DNA of 11,731 nucleotides from a virus (Duplodnaviria; Heunggongvirae; Uroviricota; Caudoviricetes): IMG/VR virus record IMGVR_UViG_2778261527_000005; one strand, 5' to 3'. Shown piece by piece: positions 8,179 to 11,731 of this stretch (position 1 is its first letter; each line of letters starts with the position of its first letter). The notes under the pieces were generated by a model. It saw only the letters and a program-made list of their open reading frames with translations, ran no database searches and was not told where the DNA came from. The position numbers and the translations under genes were made by a program.

Positions 8179-8802
8179 ATGACAATACAGGAAATAATTC
8201 AGCAACGTAATATTCGTAGCTTGTTTCATTTTACACATAGCGATAATCTAACTTCCATTTTAGATAATGGCCTTATGTCTCGTTCAGAACTTGATAATGA
8301 AAATAATGAATATAATTATAATGATGAAGAAAGGATTGATGGTCATCCAGATGCGATTTGTTTGTCCGTAAGTTACCCTAATGCAAAAATGTTTTATAAA
8401 TATAGATGTTTAAAGCCTGGGGACTGGGTTATATTAGAAATCAATCCATCTGTTCTTTGGGCTAAGGATTGCGCTTTTTATCCTACCAACGCAGCTTCGA
8501 ATAACGTTCGTTTTATAAATCTTGATTTGATGAAAGGAGCTGAGGCATTTAGTGCTTTGTTTTCAGAGAATGTTTTTGGGATTCAGAGAGATGTAAACCT
8601 TCCAAGTGAGTATACGACGGATGTTCAAGCTGAAATACTGGTATTTGAAAAAATTCCTCCCTCATATATTATAAGCACTTTTCACCCTAACAAAGAATCT
8701 GCTGAACATTTCAAGAGATTATATCCACAGACAATACAGAGATCTTATGATAATCTTAATGCTAGAACATTTTATTCTCAGAGGCATTATTATTTAGGAT
8801 AA
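8179..8802 (+). CDS. darT: DarT-family (DUF4433-like) ssDNA ADP-ribosyltransferase toxin
   Basis: 207 aa. N-terminal LFHFTHSDNLTSILDNGL matches the DarT signature (hydrophobic-YHxTHxxNLxSIL), and a C-terminal QAEILVFEKIPP segment matches the catalytic-Glu region (E-x-L-V-P). Size is typical for DarT. The gene is AT-rich. Confidence 0.6.
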   Translation: MTIQEIIQQRNIRSLFHFTHSDNLTSILDNGLMSRSELDNENNEYNYNDEERIDGHPDAICLSVSYPNAKMFYKYRCLKPGDWVILEINPSVLWAKDCAFYPTNAASNNVRFINLDLMKGAEAFSALFSENVFGIQRDVNLPSEYTTDVQAEILVFEKIPPSYIISTFHPNKESAEHFKRLYPQTIQRSYDNLNARTFYSQRHYYLG

Positions 8803-8805
8803 GTT

Positions 8806-9495
8806 ATGGCCGTTAGACCTGTTTTCGTCCCTACAAACGCAGGGAACTTACTATCGATCACGAAGGATGTGGATTTTCCTTGGGCTCCTGGTATGGCTAA
8901 AACGCAAAAGCAAAAATCGATCAGGGCGTTACATACAGCAGCGAATGAGCAGGGATTGAACTCTTTGTTGGAAATTTCTAGTAAATCCGAAGATGCGCTG
9001 GGGGTAGCACTTAGTGCATTTAATCTAAGAATAAAGACGAAAAGACTTGGGAAAGAGTTTACAGTTGAATCTGCATTTCAAGCAAGTAAAGTATTTGAAA
9101 TGGGAGGACCATATGTCGATATCTTAGATAAAAGCTCGATAGAAGCAAAAAAAGATATGAGATTAAAGGAATCTGGGGGATTAGTTAACTTCAAATTTTA
9201 TAATACAATATGGCCCATTGTCCCCAGGACTGCTTTTTATGATTGGTTATATTTGAGTGCGCTCAATCAAAACAAAAATCTAGCACTCCATCTATTAAAT
9301 TTTGATGGATTTACTGATATTGAATTTAATCCAGCGAAATCTATTAATTGCCAAGCCAGAGCAGCTGCACTTTTTGTCTCTTTAGTAAGACGAAATATGT
9401 TAGATGATGTTTTATCTTCAAAGGATGGTTTTTTATCAAAATTAGCATCTCATTATGGTGTTGAAAATTATTCTATTCAACATACATTGATATGA
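8806..9495 (+). CDS. NADAR-like (YbiA/DUF1768-like) protein, candidate antitoxin/ADP-ribosyl-base hydrolase partner of the DarT-like gene
   Basis: 229 aa. Start is 3 nt after the upstream stop, with an AGGA Shine-Dalgarno. The translation contains SAFN-(14 aa)-ESAFQASKVF, which parallels the YbiA-type FSNF-(14 aa)-SEHYFQAQKF signature with the same spacing. The following SSIEAKKDMR resembles SSPMVAARMGR. The YbiA sequence is recalled from memory and not verified by search. Confidence 0.45.
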   Translation: MAVRPVFVPTNAGNLLSITKDVDFPWAPGMAKTQKQKSIRALHTAANEQGLNSLLEISSKSEDALGVALSAFNLRIKTKRLGKEFTVESAFQASKVFEMGGPYVDILDKSSIEAKKDMRLKESGGLVNFKFYNTIWPIVPRTAFYDWLYLSALNQNKNLALHLLNFDGFTDIEFNPAKSINCQARAAALFVSLVRRNMLDDVLSSKDGFLSKLASHYGVENYSIQHTLI

Positions 9496-9497
9496 AT

Positions 9498-9521
9498 AAT
9501 GGCCTGTAAAGGCCATTTTTA
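9498..9521 (+). terminator. Hairpin terminator closing the two-gene cassette (between convergent genes)
   Basis: aatggcc/ggccatt 7-bp stem with a short loop (9498-9517) followed by a T-run. Located 3 nt after the cassette stop codon and just before the 3' end of int. Confidence 0.6.
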
Positions 9522-9527
9522 TCTAAA

Positions 9528-10697
9528 TTAATATCTATTTTTTCTATTTAAAGATGTATTTCCATCATATTCTTTGAGGTATGAGCCATAATGTCTAAAT
9601 AACATCTCTGGTCCTTTATGACCCATTTGAACCGCAAGCCAAAACAGGTTTGCTCCTCGGCTGATATGGCTGGTGGCGAATGTATGTCTGGTTTGATATG
9701 GGTTTCTGTAACGAATACCTGCTTTCCGCAATGTTGGCACCCATGCTTTTTTTCTAATTGCATCAGCACTTGCCCAAGGCTTATTGGTCTTTGGATCTTC
9801 AAAGACTGTAGCATCCTTCATGAATGTAAATGGCTTCTGATTTATCAGCGCCAACATTGCATCTTCTGTCAGTTCAACTTTACGAGTACCGGCTTTTGTC
9901 TTTGTTCCTTTGATAACACCGACAACACTTGCGCTCTGGACATGGGCAGTTTTTCCAACAAAGTCGATATCACGCCATCGAAGGGCACATAATTCAGAAC
10001 TACGCAGGCCTGTATGTATAGCGAACCGGAACAGATTCTCCCATTGTTTGTTTCCGGCTGCTGCTAGTAATGCATCAACTTCTGCTGGTGATAGCGGATC
10101 AACCACGTAGCTGCTTTCTGCTTCTGACTTATCACTTTGGTAGCGCGAAGCAGTTACCAACGATACGGGGTTAATTTGAAGTACCCCATCGGTTACGGCT
10201 TCATCAAGTGCTGACCGCAGGAAAGATAACTGGTTGCGAATTGTTTTTAAGGTCGTTTTCTGGCTTTGAATCCACGCTTTCAGGATTGCTGGTGTTAATT
10301 CACTTGCAGGGCAAATGTGGAGTGAGGCTAACGCACTACGGCATTTTTTATAACCACCAATCGTAGATGGTGAAAGTTTTCTCGTTTCGCAGATTTCAAG
10401 GTATTCGTCCAGGTACATTTTTACCGTTTTGCCTGCAGCAGCATTACCAAAAATTTTCAAACGAGCAGAACGGGGAAAATATTCCGCATAAATGAATGTT
10501 CCCCTTTCGATCTTATTATGAATTTCGCCGAGTGTGCGCTCGGCGTATTTAATGTTCTTTGGTGTTACTTCCAGATTGGAAAGAGGCTCACGACATCTAA
10601 CTCCTTTGTAGGTGAAAGTTATATTGATCGTTTCGCCCTGGCGGTGTTTCCTGATTGTTACGCCGCGCGGTAGTTTGAGCAGTTTTGTCTGGCCCAT
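9528..10697 (-). CDS. int: Lambda-type tyrosine integrase
   Basis: 389 aa. N-terminal arm-binding-like region (LPRGVTIRK...), and a C-terminal catalytic region with the expected R..H-x-x-R..Y arrangement (RHTFATSH... HYGSY). Overlapped at its 5' end by a small xis-like ORF. Confidence 0.85.
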   Translation of the reverse strand: MGQTKLLKLPRGVTIRKHRQGETINITFTYKGVRCREPLSNLEVTPKNIKYAERTLGEIHNKIERGTFIYAEYFPRSARLKIFGNAAAGKTVKMYLDEYLEICETRKLSPSTIGGYKKCRSALASLHICPASELTPAILKAWIQSQKTTLKTIRNQLSFLRSALDEAVTDGVLQINPVSLVTASRYQSDKSEAESSYVVDPLSPAEVDALLAAAGNKQWENLFRFAIHTGLRSSELCALRWRDIDFVGKTAHVQSASVVGVIKGTKTKAGTRKVELTEDAMLALINQKPFTFMKDATVFEDPKTNKPWASADAIRKKAWVPTLRKAGIRYRNPYQTRHTFATSHISRGANLFWLAVQMGHKGPEMLFRHYGSYLKEYDGNTSLNRKNRY

Positions 10698-10876
10698 TTT
10701 GCAACCTCACTAAGATCAATCCACCTCTCCTTAACGCCTTCAACCTTTAAAACCTGAACACCTTCACGCCAAACACCGCGCTGTACACGTTTGTTTATTG
10801 CTTCAGGAGTTTCGCCAGTTTCTTTGCAATAAGTTGAGATTGGAACACAATCGAGGTTCAGCATATGTTTCTCCAC
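10658..10876 (-). CDS. xis: Excisionase-like small DNA-binding protein
   Basis: 72 aa, overlaps the int start by 40 nt in a different frame (the lambda xis/int arrangement). Sequence is compatible with a winged-helix excisionase; the true start may be the second Met. Confidence 0.5.
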   Translation of the reverse strand: MEKHMLNLDCVPISTYCKETGETPEAINKRVQRGVWREGVQVLKVEGVKERWIDLSEVAKWARQNCSNYRAA

Positions 10877-10923
10877 TTAGCCCGCTGCACACGGGCAGTA
10901 ATATCAAATTCCAGTCCTGATAA

Positions 10924-11139
10924 TTAATTTTGTTCCCTGGTTGCTACCTGTTTTATTGGCCTGATGCTGTCCAGTAGCAGACGGCGACGCATGTTAGGTG
11001 CCCCCCAACGGTAACCAGTCTTTTTGTCGTAGGATTCACAACGTCCGGCAACCCAGGACGTTTCAGTGGAATGTAATTTCATCCGCTTTTCACCGTCTCG
11101 GGTGATAACAATTCCTGTATGAGTTTTTATCACGCTCAT
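10924..11139 (-). CDS. Small prophage early-region protein, function unknown
   Basis: 71-aa ORF on the same strand as int/xis. Its start overlaps the stop of the upstream gene (ATGA at 11136-11139), indicating co-translation. Confidence 0.45.
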   Translation of the reverse strand: MSVIKTHTGIVITRDGEKRMKLHSTETSWVAGRCESYDKKTGYRWGAPNMRRRLLLDSIRPIKQVATREQN

Positions 11140-11498
11140 TTCTTAGTCTCTGGTGCTTTCGGCATTACTGCCCAGTGAGTGATATTGACGTTTTCAAGGT
11201 CCCCGACCTGAAATGTCCACTGCCATTCTCCGGTTTCTTTTTGTCCCCAGGTGTACCAGAGAGAACGCCAGCCAATCAGCCAGCCTTCTCCGTTAGCATC
11301 AAATAACAGAACACTTTCATTTGCTGGTGGCAGTTCAGCTGACACTGGTATTATTTTGCTTTCCAGTGCCGCACATTTAGCTTCAAGCGCGTCGAATTTA
11401 CGTACCAGGTACTCAGCATTTGTTTCGTTCACTTTCAGATCTCGCGGTACACATTTCCCGCGAAGAAACCCTTCCATTTCGAAAACATTTATGCGCAT
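11136..11498 (-). CDS. Prophage protein with Trp-rich C-terminal region (DUF551-like)
   Basis: 120-aa ORF. The C-terminal half has the W/G-rich pattern ([25 protein letters not shown]) reminiscent of DUF551 proteins of lambdoid prophages. Translationally coupled to the downstream ORF. Confidence 0.5.
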   Translation of the reverse strand: MRINVFEMEGFLRGKCVPRDLKVNETNAEYLVRKFDALEAKCAALESKIIPVSAELPPANESVLLFDANGEGWLIGWRSLWYTWGQKETGEWQWTFQVGDLENVNITHWAVMPKAPETKK

Positions 11499-11546
11499 TT
11501 GCGTAACTCCGATAATTCGTTAAAGCGTTCCATAAACATCCCGTAC

Positions 11547-11731
11547 CCGAAACTTGCAGCCGCTTATCCGTCAGGCGTGATCCCTGATATGCGTGGCTGG
11601 ACGATTAAGGGCAAACCTGCCAGTGGTCGGGCCGTATTGTCTCAGGAACAGGACGGCATTAAATCGCATACCCACAGCGCCAGCGCATCCAGTACGGATT
11701 TGGGGACGAAAACCACATCGTCGTTTGATTA
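11547..11731 (+). pseudogene. 5'-truncated internal fragment of a side-tail-fibre gene (lambda Stf-like), running off the window
   Basis: The frame translates to [61 protein letters not shown], a recalled conserved segment of enterobacterial prophage side tail fibres. The frame is open back to a stop at 11340-11342 but has no in-frame start codon, and it is antisense to the 11136-11498 gene. Confidence 0.55.

Larger units (their letters stand above)
8051..11731 (-). mobile_element. int-proximal end of a lambdoid prophage remnant (cargo cassette, int, xis, early-region small genes, truncated tail-fibre fragment); continues beyond the window
   Basis: Lambda-type int with an overlapping xis-like gene, DUF551-like and small phage ORFs on the same strand, and a side-tail-fibre fragment. 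The int 3' end faces the att core as in lambda. Confidence 0.55.

Noticed and set aside
8806-9495. Interpretation of the second cassette gene as a DarG macrodomain antitoxin
   Set aside because: No macrodomain-like Gly-rich motifs were seen and the protein is shorter than DarG; the visible motif fits NADAR better.
9548-10110. Three ORFs overlapping the lambda-type integrase (9548-9814 minus; 9618-9992 and 9910-10110 plus)
   Set aside because: Alternative or antisense frames of a well-supported integrase gene; Cys/Ser-rich nonsense-like translations.
11251-11523. 90-aa plus-strand ORF
   Set aside because: Antisense to the DUF551-like gene and out of frame with the tail-fibre fragment; Ser/Arg-rich translation.
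1-11731. CRISPR array or intact tRNA/rRNA genes
   Set aside because: No regularly spaced direct repeats were seen and no complete tRNA or rRNA-like sequence; only the 30-nt ssrA 3' fragment is present.

Overview
The window reads as a tandem array of horizontally acquired elements at the tmRNA (ssrA) attachment site of an enterobacterial chromosome, with no intact rRNA, tRNA or CRISPR array. Everything here is read by eye from the sequence and the supplied ORF translations; no searches were run. (1) Left element, about 1-8050: a P4-type tyrosine integrase (6625-7854, minus) lies directly beside a 30-nt copy of the ssrA 3' end (8021-8050) and an intrinsic terminator. Its visibly AT-rich cargo is a translationally coupled minus-strand operon of a large serine recombinase plus two paralogous ParB-like HTH proteins (6342 down to 3007), bracketed by two related dyad-symmetric sites (about 6512-6562 and 2488-2536). 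Then comes a 1.15-kb AT-rich non-coding spacer holding a GC-rich structured element, and an orphan ankyrin-repeat protein (618-1856). (2) Right element, 8051 to the window end: the int-proximal end of a lambdoid prophage remnant, with overlapping xis/int (9528-10876), two small phage genes, and a 5'-truncated side-tail-fibre fragment running off the window. Between this int and the att core sits a two-gene plus-strand cassette (8179-9495): a DarT-family (DUF4433-like) DNA ADP-ribosyltransferase followed 3 nt later by a protein with a NADAR (YbiA-like) signature, closed by a hairpin terminator. The two strongest candidates for an unusual or undescribed system are this DarT-like/NADAR-like cassette and the serine recombinase-ParB-ParB module with its flanking sites.
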